A stretch of DNA of 63,574 bases, the filler included, from Choristocarpus tenellus KU-1152 (taxonomy: Eukaryota; Protista; Phaeophyceae): NCBI GenBank assembly GCA_964200185.2. It is 13 parts of 13 records of this genome, joined end to end, with 100 filler letters (N's around TTAATTAATTAA, not from the genome) between each part and the next. Parts side by side here need not be neighbours in the genome. Positions count along the whole stretch, not along the records: positions 23,412 to 30,425 come from CAXNAD020006863.1; positions 30,526 to 34,177 come from CAXNAD020018714.1; positions 34,278 to 38,357 come from CAXNAD020016318.1; positions 38,458 to 40,977 come from CAXNAD020027126.1; 9 more parts are not named here. One strand, given 5' to 3'. Below the pieces are notes generated by a model. That model ran no database searches. It was not told the origin of the DNA and worked only from the letters and a program-made list of their open reading frames with translations. The position numbers were made by a program, and so were the translations under genes. Positions 26,203 through 38,536 of this stretch are shown piece after piece. Each line of letters starts with the position of its first letter. Positions within the stretch are counted from its first letter, which is position 1.

Positions 26203-27406
26203 CTTGAATCCTGGCTTGTCTACCCTGGCACGTTCCCTTTTTCTCCCGACTTGGTCTTTATACTCGTTCCCCTTCCAACCCTCCTCCGAGCCCACACCAG
26301 ACCCTGATCCCTCCCTAGGGAGAAAGAGAGCATCACCTCTATGCCCATATTTGTCCCTTGCTTCTTCAAAAGCTGTGTGCCCATTTCCATGAACGTTCAT
26401 CACCATAACAAGAAAGAACCCCTCATAGGGATCGCCAACCCCACCCAATCCCTCCCCTGTCATTGGCACCAACTGCCCAAACACCGCCTCCAACACCTTA
26501 TCCAGGTAACTGGTGCCCCCTGGACGGGGCACTGTTGGTATGGCCAGCACTACTAGGGGGAGGGTAGTGGAGGTAGGGGTCGCGACGATTTCATCGTCTC
26601 CAGTTGAAGGGGGGTGTGTGTCTGTCACGAACGTTGAATGAGAGGAGTGGGACTAAGGTTGCAGGGAAGGGGGACGGGAGGACGGGTAGGGATGGAGGGG
26701 AGGGGTGAAGAGAGGAGCGGGAATATATATCAATCAAGGTGGACGGGACTTGTGAACTCCACTCATGGAGTATTAGGTTGCGGAATAATCAGTTAAGGAG
26801 TATTCAACTGAATAAGATCTCTGAGGACTGGTTGCAACACAAAGCAGTCGCAGTAAAAAATGACTATTGATTGGCGAGGTCACTAGCACAGACGACGAAG
26901 CCACTAACTACTGTCAATAGTGAAAGCCTTAACTTGTGTTCATGATGGTAGAGGGAGATGGGAAAATGCCAAAAATACTTGCACGGGATGAGGGGTGAGG
27001 CATGAATTGGGGAACGAAAGGCATCCAAAAACAACTGAAGGTGCGTCTCCTTCCTCGTCAACATTTAAGGTTACAGGATCATAGTGATGGTCACTCCGAA
27101 ACTTACTTCTGTAAGCTTCAGAGAGTCACGTTCTTTGTTGACCTTATTCTCATCGTCCTGTTCCGCAAGGTCCTCCCTCAGCAAGTTTATGGTCATTTTT
27201 TGAACCTCTACTAGATCTAACAGTTGGTCAAGAGTACTTTTATCCAATTGCACGATCTGCTCCGTCGCCCTGTCCAGTATGTCCAAGTTGGGATCTAATG
27301 TGTGATGTAACAGGACGATGAAGATAACCGACATGGCAAGTACAATCCATAGCAAGCCATGCCACATCGAGGTCGCGGTCCTTCCCCGACCAGACGTGCC
27401 ATACAT
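26203..27406 (-). CDS. GT54/MGAT4-like type II membrane glycosyltransferase, 5' exons 27406-27107 and 26652-26203
   Basis: GCC-ATG start, TM helix (LLWIVLAMSVIFIVLL), coiled-coil stem, donor gtaagt, phase-0 tag acceptor, then VVLAIPTVPRPGGTSYLDKVLEAV, matching the GT54 'GIPTVxR...SYL' motif. Later exons not found. Confidence 0.65.
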
Positions 27407-27953
27407 GGCTACTACTGGCTAGCCAACTAACGGGATGATTCATATGCTGATTCCTTTCCTCTCCTCCTTGGATGCGTCTTTCATTTAGGTTGGAGATACA
27501 GGACTGGCAAGCAGTTTCCGAACATCTATGAACAATCACCGCCTGCCAGGGTGAGCCGAAAATTATTGGTGGACCACTATAATATTTTCTGTTATATCCT
27601 GTATCATTGAACAGTAGTTGTAATAGAGTTGCAGATAAAGACGATCCGACTATGGGACGTTGTATTAGCCTACCTTCACAACTGTAATATATTTTTTTCA
27701 TTTTTCCATTTTTCATTTCTCAGTCTTGCATTTTCAAAAACCTAATCTCAACCCTAACCCTAAGGCTAAACTGTGTATGTGTGAAATATATCCCTAAATA
27801 CTCAAAATAACTTTTTAGGAGATTAAGTTTAGTGGTGTGATACAGGACACAGGAAGGCAGTGGTACAACATAGTAGTGAAATAACAAATAGGTTGGTGTT
27901 TTTCACATTTGTGACAACTTTTACTTCCTTAGGGATTTTTCTGACACGTGAAT

Positions 27954-28194
27954 GAGGCAAAGTATCTTAGATGGTAGGAGCGCGTCCATTTGGGGGCAAA
28001 AATCCAATGTTGCGATTTTGATGTAGTTTTGGCTATCGTATTTGTTAGGAAGTGTCAATATTCTCGCTCCGGACACACCTTTTCATCACGTACACATTTT
28101 ACCTACTCCGAAACATTTTGGAGTAGGAAAATGTAATGAAAAACCCCATGGACAAAACAGGGCAAAACTCGTACCCTTTAAGATACTTTGACCG
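27954..28194. mobile_element. MITE family A copy
   Basis: aaagtatcttagatggta ... taccctttaagatacttt TIRs and internal hairpin cctactccgaaa-cattttggagtagg. Confidence 0.85.
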
Positions 28195-29089
28195 CATAGT
28201 TTTTCCTTGGTTTTTCCCCTGACACATCTGAAAAATGTCAGACAGCATAATAATATATCGAACATATAGGTGTATAGTAGTGTACACTGGGGAACCACCC
28301 CTCAAGGATTTACAACTAACTACCATAACTTTTTCTCGCTCTTTCACACACATCTTCAAAAACCTAACCCCAACCCTAATCCTGACCTGTCAGGGATAAC
28401 CTTGAGCTCCGTTGAAGAAGTGAAAAAGGTATGACGAGAGTAGTGGCGGTGGTTGCCAAGATTGGTGGGGTTCCCCTCTCTGTGCATTTCACTGTTCCCA
28501 TAATCAAGCATTGTACATACCAGTGGAAAGTGGTGGAGGTTTCCTAGAATCAAAGAGAAGTTTATTCTTATTTCTGTGATAGACTAGAAAACGTAGTTTA
28601 TTTAGGTAGGAGGATATTGAGTGGTGAATATGCCACGTCACCCGCAATACGTGGTATGTGATATACGCCGTATAGGGTTTTCGTCATACTACTTTCAGGT
28701 TATTTATGCCTTCAGAAGTGTGAGCAACAGGCTTTCTCTGCGCACACGATGTATGGAAATCTTTTGGCATCAGTAAACCCCAAAAAGAACCAATTAAAAA
28801 AATGCAAAAAAAGAACAAAAACGAAGGGGGGCTCAACACCATGCAGGGCGTCTAAATGTATCATACCTGATATTTGTACTATTATGCCCTCTGGCATTTT
28901 CCGTATTTGTCAAGGGAAAAACCAATGAAAAGCCGGTTCAATATCATAAGAACTCCTGAAAAAGTAACAGTTGTAGTAAATGTGAAAGATACTCTTCTGT
29001 CATCTATTCTCTATTTTTACTACCACCTATGCAACACCACTCCCCTCCTATCTATGCCTCCAACCTAGCTTAGCCCTATACCCAAGAGC

Positions 29090-29730
29090 GAGGAGCTAGG
29101 GAAGCATCCCAAGAATCTGACAGGCCCCTCCTTGCCCATCTCCCTGGTGTCTCCAGCATAAAATACACAATGCGCCTTGATAGAGCTACTTGTGTTGTGA
29201 TAGACACGATCCCTCGCAAACGGGATTTGACTGCTCCTTTTCTGCTGTAGCCTCCCACCCCTCTCCCCCCTACTGCATGCGTAGCCAACTCATCCACAAA
29301 AATTTCTGCTTACTCACTGAGGCGCCCAAGACTTCCACTGCGAAGGTGTTGAGGTTAAACTACGAGGGACAAAAGGACCCTCGTAGTGGGTGTGCTTTCG
29401 CGCCTCAGCTTCAGCAGTAGCTACACGATTGCTGATGGATGAGTGTGCTAAATCGGAGACTGCTTGCACTTCCGTAAACGTAACATCCAAGAGAAGGCCT
29501 TTATCCCGGTAGGGAGTTGATTTGGCGTCTACAAATGCCCCAGCATGGAAGACTAGATCTATCCGGAAATTTCGGTCCATTGTGATATAGGCTACCGTCC
29601 TCCATAGTGCAAGGAGTGCCCATTCCTTTGCAGAGTTGACCTAGATGGTTCACCATTGGTGTGTCTTGGCGGACCTGTCCCTCTGCCCTGGGGCATGTTG
29701 GGTTTCCACATTTTGCCTCCTCCACGATTT
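29090..29730 (-). mobile_element. 3' fragment of a CRE/R2-type non-LTR retrotransposon (restriction-like endonuclease), frameshifted
   Basis: RIDLV...LLLDVT...AEAEARKHTHY...DELA...RLRGIVSI..Q..LSRRI fits the RLE pattern R.D..DVT..AE..K..HY. Preceded by a Cys-containing segment (CGNPTC). Confidence 0.7.
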
Positions 29731-31040
29731 CTCTATACTTACCAAATTTTCACCATTCATCATACCACCTGAGCTAAAGTAAACGAGAGATACCCAGGTT
29801 TTGACCATTTTGCGTGTTAAGCCACACTGTTTCATCTTTTGCGATTCACTCACCCTTATGTGCATAAATGAAGTGTTGAAAGATTGACTTGAAAGTGTTG
29901 ATTTGTCTTTTTGAAAAATTCCCACAGAATTCAGAGTGCCCCTATACATATTTGTACAAGGAGTCGTATTATACATTTGTCAGTATCCTCAAAACTCAAC
30001 CCTGCATACCTCTCATTCACATTGACTCTTTTATTGCAACTATTTTGACTCGCTTTCATGCTACCTCCGTGCCATAAGTCTGTGCTGCGTTTTCCATAAC
30101 TTTTGAAGATGATGAAATAAATTTCTGAAAGAAGATTTGGAATCCTTGACGAATTTCTGGTTAGGATCAGCTCTTTTTATTATTTTTACTCCTAGTTCAT
30201 CACAATCTTATCAGTCACAGAAAAAGCCTCCATGTCTACCTTTGGCGTGTTTTCAAGCTCACCAGACAACTGCCCCTTCCTTGCCCCTCTGTGCTCCACA
30301 CTGAACTCATTACCCCCTTGTATCTAAGTACTTGATTGTACACCACAAAAAGGAGCTGCCAAGCCCTCTCAAGTGCGCTTTCATCATACTCCTCATACTG
30401 TTTGACCCAAAGTATCTGTGGGGGGNNNNNNNNNNNNNNNNNNNNNNNNNNNNNNNNNNNNNNNNNNNNTTAATTAATTAANNNNNNNNNNNNNNNNNNN
30501 NNNNNNNNNNNNNNNNNNNNNNNNNCCCCCCCAGATACCTTGAGCCACATGTCAAAGGGATCCCTTAGAGCTCAACAACACACCCATCTTAGATGGTACC
30601 ACTCAACCACCTTAACACCCCAGCGTGAACTTCCTTTTTTTTATTTACTACCGATACTGTCCGAGTTTCTGAATCTCAACAAGAAGAGGGCCCTTCGCCC
30701 AAACGACAACAATAGTGTCGATCGCACTGTGGCGTCTTTAATTAATTTATTTTTTTTAATGTCCCGCGTACGTACGGGGTCCCTTCATGTTTATACGTAA
30801 ATATGTACATTGTGTGTGTGTGAGTATGTATGATTTTTTGGGAAAGAGGCGAAGCGGTACTTCTTGCCATCCGTAGTAGGGACGCTTGGAAATAAAAAAG
30901 TATTGAGTGATACCGTCGACGTTGTTCTCAACAGACAGTGTCTGGTCGGTGTGTGGAAGTGCGCACACTCCAAGAAGGACCAGCCATATAGCACGATGCT
31001 TTGTAGGTACGCCATCTTGAATTTCACAAGAAATGGTTGT

Positions 31041-31074
<34 letters not shown>

Positions 31075-32058
31075 GCTAACTACGACATTTATCTAGCTAG
31101 CTGCTGCCGTAGGGGCTCCTTTTTGTGTGAGTTGTGTTGGAAAGATTCAAATACAAATGGTTGACATTTTAAGGTACACCAAAATATCTTTACGGTTGAA
31201 CTCCTACCTGTATGTACCCCCACCAATGGAGATGGTCTTTCTTTTGTCACTAGGAGGAATACTATGCAATATTCACCCTTCCCATGCTAACGGTCCTCTG
31301 ATCACTTCCTTGTCCACTATACATACATACTATGAATATAATGTGCATGTGTGAATAGATGCGTCCCTGGACATATAACCATGCCCCTTGCCGCCTCCGA
31401 ATATCACGGCAATCCCTGCCCTCACTGACTCTCTGCAGCGAGAACAGTTACGTTGACATTCAAGACCTGGAGGAGCTGAGGAGCTCAGAAGCCCTGAGGA
31501 GCAAAAAGATCGTCCACAATGTGAAGAATGAGAATTTTTTGCAGTATTCATACACACTACTACTACTACTACTACTACTACTGTACTAAAAAAAAAATGT
31601 CCTGCACTTGCAAGGATGATAGACACGCCATACAGTCTATGTCTCTATGTACTCCCGTCTTCGAGCACTTGTCAATCAGTCACACACACGCACAACCTTT
31701 TCCAGACAATCCCATGCCCCCAAGGTATCAATATGTAATGCCACTCACGTTTACCTTTGTCGCTGATGTTTTGTTCCACCAATCACTATCTACATCCCAC
31801 CCACCCACTCACCCCCAGTCGCCTGCCCCTGCATGGTGCACCACCCTTCACGCCGCCTCTGCTGTGATGCGTGCTCGGAACAATCATCGCCCAGGCACTC
31901 AAAGAGAAGTTAATACAAATAACTGTGATGATGATGATTGCCGAGAGCCAAAGCATCTCTAAAGAGAGTAGGGCCTGGCCCTCCGTTTTCGGGTCCAAGA
32001 TCCAACATTACTATTTTGACGAATCTTGGCTATCGTGTTTGTTAGCAAGTGTCAGACA

Positions 32059-32258
32059 GATACCCTTGCTCCGGGCACACCTTTTCATAGTCATACTCCG
32101 AAAATGTTTCGGAATGGGTGACATTTGTTCAACGCACAGAAAAAATTATTTAAAAAAAAAAAAAAAGAAACAAAAAGGGTGTAAGAAACCCGTGAGAAGC
32201 TGAACCCCGAAACGGACAAACAGGGCAAAAATCCTACCCTCTTAAATGCTTTGGCTCT
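32059..32258. mobile_element. MITE family A, partial copy
   Basis: cacaccttttc...actccgaaaatgtttcgga...cggacaaacagggcaaaaatcctaccctcttaaatgctttggctc matches the family's second half. Confidence 0.7.
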
Positions 32259-33289
32259 AAGATCAGGTCCCACGGAAAGAAAGTGATGCGCTACTTTCGC
32301 TTCCTCCTCTTGGGCCGCTTGTGTCGCACTCGCCCGTCCATATATACTTCAAAATTGTATTTTTTTTATTATTGTGTATACAGCCTGTCGCATTGTTCTA
32401 GATGTTCGAAGTACGTATGTAAGTATATTTGTGTAAACAGATACAGCCCATCACTTTGTTGTTGTAGATGTTCAAGGTATATATATATATATTTTTATTT
32501 TATTTTATTTTAATATATATATGTATCAAGCATATTTATGTATGTGTATGTAGCGCATCCACTTTGTCGTAGATATTTAAAGTATACAGGTATATTTGAG
32601 CATATATACAGCCCATCGCTTTGTTGTGGATATTCAAAGTATGTACGTAAGAATATTTATGTACATCCCGTCACATTGTCGTAGGTGCTGCCATTCATGC
32701 ACTATTCCAAACCCCCATCGATCTCTCTATGTTTCTGACTTTCCAAAAAGACATCTTGGAATGAGTAAAACTCATACTTCCAGCAGCACAACACCAACAC
32801 CGCAACAGCCCGTGTACACATACCCCCTCCTCTTATCCACTCTTGCTGCAAATGATGCCTCATTCTCTGTTTCCATGTGTGTACATGTATCTACCCACTG
32901 GTCTTGTCTCTGTCTCATTCCCACAGGACCTGATCGCATATCTTCGGCAACTGGTCTCTGACCACTGGCTGTCGGTGAGAGGTACTCCGGAACTCGACCG
33001 TTGTGTTGTCGAACCAGGTCCCTACGGCATTTTTTCAGTTCTTTTTTTTTAAATGCGTTTTTTTATTCTTCGCTCTCTTTATCTCTCCTTTTTTTCTTTT
33101 TTTTTAAACAGATTCGTTTTTTTACCGCTAGGAAATTTCCCAAGATTTTTTTTTTCTCTTTTCTTTGTGCATTATCTCATCAAGCTGACAGAAAAAGAAA
33201 AAAAACGGTGGAGGGGGGGAGGGGGAGAGACTCGCTTGAACACGTTGTTGATCGCAGGGATACTTGAGGCAAAGAGTTGTTCCACTGAG

Positions 33290-33555
33290 CAACAAGCTAG
33301 TGTTGTATGTTCATTATATAGTGGTGACTAGTATAAGGAACTTAAGCTGATTGGTCATTGGGAGTAAACAACGAGCTAGTGCTGTATGTTCATTATATAG
33401 TGGTGACTAGTAAGGGACTTAGGCTGGCTGGTCAGTGAGAGTAAACAACGAGCTAGTGTTGTGTGCTCATTATATAGTGGTGGCTAGTAAGAGACTTAAG
33501 CTGATTGGTCATTGGGAGTAAACAACGAGCTATTGCTGTATGTTCATTATATAGA
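33290..33555. repeat. ~76-bp tandem minisatellite x3.5
   Basis: Unit gctagtgctgtatgttcattatatagtggtgactag...cttaagctgattggtcattgggagtaaacaacga repeated head-to-tail. Confidence 0.9.
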
Positions 33556-34062
33556 GGTGTGTCCCCCAAACCCTCGCCCTCTGTGCTCGCATACCTTAAC
33601 CCTAAGGGGTATACCTCGCGCTGCCCTTTTACAGCAACGTTATACATGTTGTGCAACTTTCTTTTTAGTGACTGATAGAAAGAAAAAAAAGGTTAAGGTT
33701 AGGGTTGGGGTGGTGGGACCTTCTTGGCTTTCGATTATTTTTCAAGAATATTTTTATCTTGATCTTGTTTTCTGATGTTCAGCAGTGCCCATTTCACCCC
33801 TTCTCCTGTACCCTGTGGAAGTGGAAGCAACTGTTAGTTGATCTGAACAGCATACAGACTAAATACATGGTAGTACCAGTAGTAGTATAGTAGTCACAGT
33901 GATCATAATAATAATTTAATAAATAGAACCCTCCTCCCTCACTCCCTGAGCACAACCACGTGCACTTTTTAATATATATATATATATGTTTCTATTTACC
34001 CGTTAAATGCAGTAGGGCATGTGTGCACTGTTACATACTCAAGTGTGTGAGTTTGTGTGCAT

Positions 34063-34066
<4 letters not shown>

Positions 34067-34110
<44 letters not shown>
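34067..34110. repeat. (CT)n microsatellite
   Basis: Read directly. Confidence 0.95.
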
Positions 34111-34113
<3 letters not shown>

Positions 34114-35469
34114 AAACTGCCGGAGAGAGGCCTCAATTTCATCCCCCCTTTCCTGTTTTTTTTCAACACCCCAGGGTNNNNNNNNNNNNNNNNNNNNNNN
34201 NNNNNNNNNNNNNNNNNNNNNTTAATTAATTAANNNNNNNNNNNNNNNNNNNNNNNNNNNNNNNNNNNNNNNNNNNNATATTAAGTGTAGAGGGGCCGAG
34301 AGAATCCATAGGGGGTGGGAGGGGAAGGGGGGGTGTAATGTAAAGGGAGGGTAGAGAAGGAGGAGGGGGTTGGGAGGCATACTAGTAATAGCTGCAGTGG
34401 TAGAGGATCAAGGAATGATATCTAAACCTAGAAAGTATACAGATGTATAAGTCAACGTTCGAGAGTTAGGTTAGGGGGGAGAGGGGTACTGTCTTGATGG
34501 TACGAGTGCTGTTCTTATACCCTAGGAACAATCAGTACCAGGCTGAGATGCAGCAAAGGGGCTTCTTTAACAAAGATATGTACTGCTATCCAAGCAGATA
34601 CAAGAGAAAAGCTATACGGAAAAATAATTTCCTGGAAGGCAAGCATCTCAAACTACACATGCACCAAACAGGAGAGCTTCTCTCACCAATTATTTGTTGT
34701 GAAGTACATGAAACATTAAGGGATTGGAATATATAAAAAAATAGTATTTTGCTCCAAAAAGACAACAGCCCTATTGTACAAATTGTTGGAACCTCAGTTT
34801 TCACCTCATGGTGGGCATATGAAGGGTGCTCTATTACTGATGAATGCCTCAATACGATGGTTTGTATGATTGTCAATTCTGGCACGATGAACCCTCACTC
34901 CACGTCCCTACATCCTGTCCTGTTTCGATGCAGTCTCAACCTTGCAATAATATCAAACATTTGCCAAACCATGCCTTCTCCTTTTTCCTCAGGGCACACC
35001 CCCAAAAATCAATCAACAACAAACCCTGATAGCCTGCAAAGGCACAGCAGATGTGCTGCAAACATGGAGACAAAGTAAGCAAGAGGTACCATTTTTTTTT
35101 GCCGTATTGCATTTCGAATCTTTTGCAATTCACCCATACTTCTATGGATGAAGAACAAAGCTTGACTTGAGATGATTGATTTCTCTATGCATAAATATTT
35201 CTATACTATTAAAAAAACATCCTGTAGGCAATTGTAAAAATAGACGAATTTTGCACACATTTTTTAGCATCCGTAAAATGCAATTCTATGTACCTCTCGT
35301 TGACTTTGACTCATGGCCTAACTATACTCTCTTTTAGTGAACAAGTTGTAAAACAGGACATGATCCAAAATTGTATTCAAAACAGAATCAACCCAAATCA
35401 AGGACATTTCACACATGTATACACCCACACACCCCTATCAATATTCAGATAGGGTTAGAAACAGTATTG

Positions 35470-37230
35470 ACAGTCGCGTTCTGAGCAGACCGGTTATGGT
35501 GTATATAAAAGTGGAACAGACAACCCTTGCTTGTTCACATGACTTGACATGAAATTTTGTGACTTGCAGATATGTCCGTCGTGTTAATGGTTCCCATGCT
35601 GACTCTTTGATTGTTGTGTGCGCCACCTTACAACAACTTTCTGAAACCTACTTGCCAAGGATAAGCATGAAACACGAGATGCAATGTTTGCTGCTGAAAG
35701 TGGCAAACAATTTTTTTTTTTGCTGGATGAGATGGGAGAAGCTAAGGTTTAGACTCAAGACTTCTAATTTTTTTATTTGTCGATTGTTCTCTGTAATATT
35801 TTGATCCCTTGTTAGATTTGCGAGAGGTAGGCAGTCAAACCCTCTATCATGAGATACGTATTGGTTTGTAACATACGTCACTACAGGTTTCATTACATGC
35901 CACTATGCAGCGTGTATCTTGAAGGTAAAGGTAAGACAAAAGATTATTATCTCTGGAGTTTAGGATTTTGATTTGTGTTTATTTTGATTCCTTTCTTAGA
36001 TTGAATTTCGAGGTGCAGGTAAGAAAATCCTCTATGCTAAGACATGTTTTGGTTTGAAACGTACATCCGTACAGTTTTCAGTACATGCCACTCTCCAGTG
36101 TGTATCTTGATTGTAAGCATGGTGGTAGAATCAATTTTTCGATGTATTGCTGGTTGGTTCTTGTGTGAAATGTGACCATATTGGGCTGATTTGTAAGCAA
36201 CACGTACATGAGTTTTAATGGTGGATGTGACTTAATCAGTATAGACAACCAGACATATGTTGAACAGACTGGATATGGTGTTTTCAGAGACGAAATAAAC
36301 AGCCCCTGCTTGATCACACGATTTACCAGGAGTTTTATGCCTTTCAGAGATATGTCCATGATGTTAATGGTCCACTTGTTGACTCTTTGATTGTATTGTG
36401 CGCCACCTGACAATAGTTCTACGAAGAAGTAGTTGCCAAGATTGTTGTTTGGGAATCTGGTTTGATGATTGCTGCTAAAATGGGCAATCAAAAAAATGAT
36501 GAGATTTTTGCTGGGTGTATTGGTAGAATCTAAGGTAGGAGTAGAAGATACCCTATCTCTAGAGTTTGTGATTGTCCTTTTTATTATTTTTATCCCTTTC
36601 TTAGATTGAATAACAAGAGATTGAATGTCAAACCCTGAATGCTGAGATATGCATTGAATTGTAACGTACATCACTACAATGTTCAGTACATGCCACTCTG
36701 CAGTGTGTGTGTTTTGATCGTAAGCATGGTGATAGGAGGATCAATTTTGGATATATAGCCTTGATTGGGTTTTTTTCGATATGACAGGGTTGTGTTGATC
36801 CTGTCAGCCATGTACAGATGAGTTTTTATGGTAGTATGTGACTTGTTCCATGTTGACTGTTAGAAATTCAGTAAGCCCCTTAGCTATCGCGAGAGTAGTC
36901 AGCCGACTACCTGCTTGGTAACTGAGGGGTTTACCGAAGTTCTGACATTCACAACCAGAGACATGTTGAGCAGACTGGATTTGGTGTTGTTGGGAGTGGA
37001 ATAAAAACAGCTTTTGCTTAGGCGCTTGACTTGCCACAGGTTATTGTACTTGAAGATATGTGTATGATGTTGATGGTTGCCTTGCTAATCTTTTGATTGT
37101 TGTGTGTGCCACCTGACAACAGCTTTGTGAAGAAGTGTTTCGGAAGAATGTTAGTGGGGAATCTGACGTGATGTTTGATGCTCAAATGGGATATAAGCTG
37201 AGGCGACGAGGAGTGGCAAGCGTCGTAGAT
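35470..37230 (-). pseudogene. Three diverged tandem copies (~700-800 bp period) of a decayed Ulp1/C48 protease-like segment
   Basis: Anchors (t/c)tga(g/a)cagac(t/c)gg at ~35481, 36260 and 36966. The minus strand reads FRKLL*GGAHNNQRVSMGTINTTDI, YFFVELLSGGAQYNQRVNKWTINIMDI and HFFTKLLSGGTHNNQKISKATINIIHI. Confidence 0.55.
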
Positions 37231-38298
37231 TGATGCCGTTCACATCACTTCCTTCATAGGCATCGTTGTTGTCTGTTCGTCTATATCTAAGCATGTTTTC
37301 TTCCCCTTCAGTTCAGCCAAAGGTTGTACAACAATAGCCACACTTGATTCAACAGCTCGTTGTATATAGACACCCACCTACACCAACACTTTGTTCGTGG
37401 ATAGTACTGCTGATGCACTATAGACACCGCCAGTGGAGTAGATAGTAGGATGGAGAGTCAGTGGTAGATATATATAATAACTAAACAGTGTCCACTGATT
37501 TGTGTTTCTGTTCTAGATGTGTACGCATTTTGCACTGAGGATAAGTAAACATATTATAGAGAGTTAGATGGGACGATTGCAAACCCCACATTATAGGAAT
37601 AGTAACGGGTGCCACCAGCTGTGAGCCCCATGAGTTCAGTAAATGAAATTGAGAGTACAAAAGCCCCTTGTAACACCAACCTTACATATTCACACCAAGC
37701 TAATTGTTGTCCTCTACCAAGGCACACAATTATTGATCATCTTAACCGCGGATCAAGTGTGGAATACTTCAACACACCTTTATCATTCTTGTTAAAAACG
37801 GTTAGTATAATCGCCACCGTTGAAGAACAAAAGGAAGATGACTTAACCGTGAAGAGACAACAAGTGGAATCCCATACATTTCAGAGGTATCTGTTCCCTA
37901 CCACCCTCAATTCGAACATTTTGATGCATATCTTACCCCATCGGATGCAATACATCTTCATACTGCTGTTAATGGTTCACTACTGTATATTCGTGGATTT
38001 ATTCGTTTCTCTCAGTTACCAAAGGGTGGTTCCACATTGCCTGTTCAAGCCTGAAGTAATTCTCCCAACTTGGTCCCAACAATATACTGATTGGTAATAG
38101 TGCCACGCAGGCCTTTGATGCAACCCTTGATTGGCAAGAACAACATCTCTCGTTCCACATCAGCTTGTGTACCATTCCGGCATATGACATCACAAAACAA
38201 GGAGACCCATACAATATCTGCTCATCACAAGTGCTACTACTGTTACAGGCGCCCCTCGATGCTCACCTTCCAGGATGTACAACTCAACTCCAACGACG

Positions 38299-38357
38299 AG
38301 CCAAAGTATCTTAGAGGGTAGAGCCGCGTCCATTTGGGGGCCAAAATCCAGTGTTGC
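38299..38357. mobile_element. MITE family A left end (cut by contig end)
   Basis: gagccaaagtatcttagagggtagagccgcgtccatttgggggccaaaatcc. Confidence 0.8.
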
Positions 38358-38472
38358 NNNNNNNNNNNNNNNNNNNNNNNNNNNNNNNNNNNNNNNNNNN
38401 NTTAATTAATTAANNNNNNNNNNNNNNNNNNNNNNNNNNNNNNNNNNNNNNNNNNNNTTCCCTCTCATGCTT

Positions 38473-38504
<32 letters not shown>

Positions 38505-38536
38505 CCCCCCCCCCCCCCCCCCTCCTGCCTTTAAAG

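Noticed and set aside
33290-33555. CRISPR-like appearance of repeat arrays (also 43437-43990, 61984-62196, 25118-25185)
   Set aside because: Head-to-tail units without unique spacers, no cas genes, eukaryotic context.
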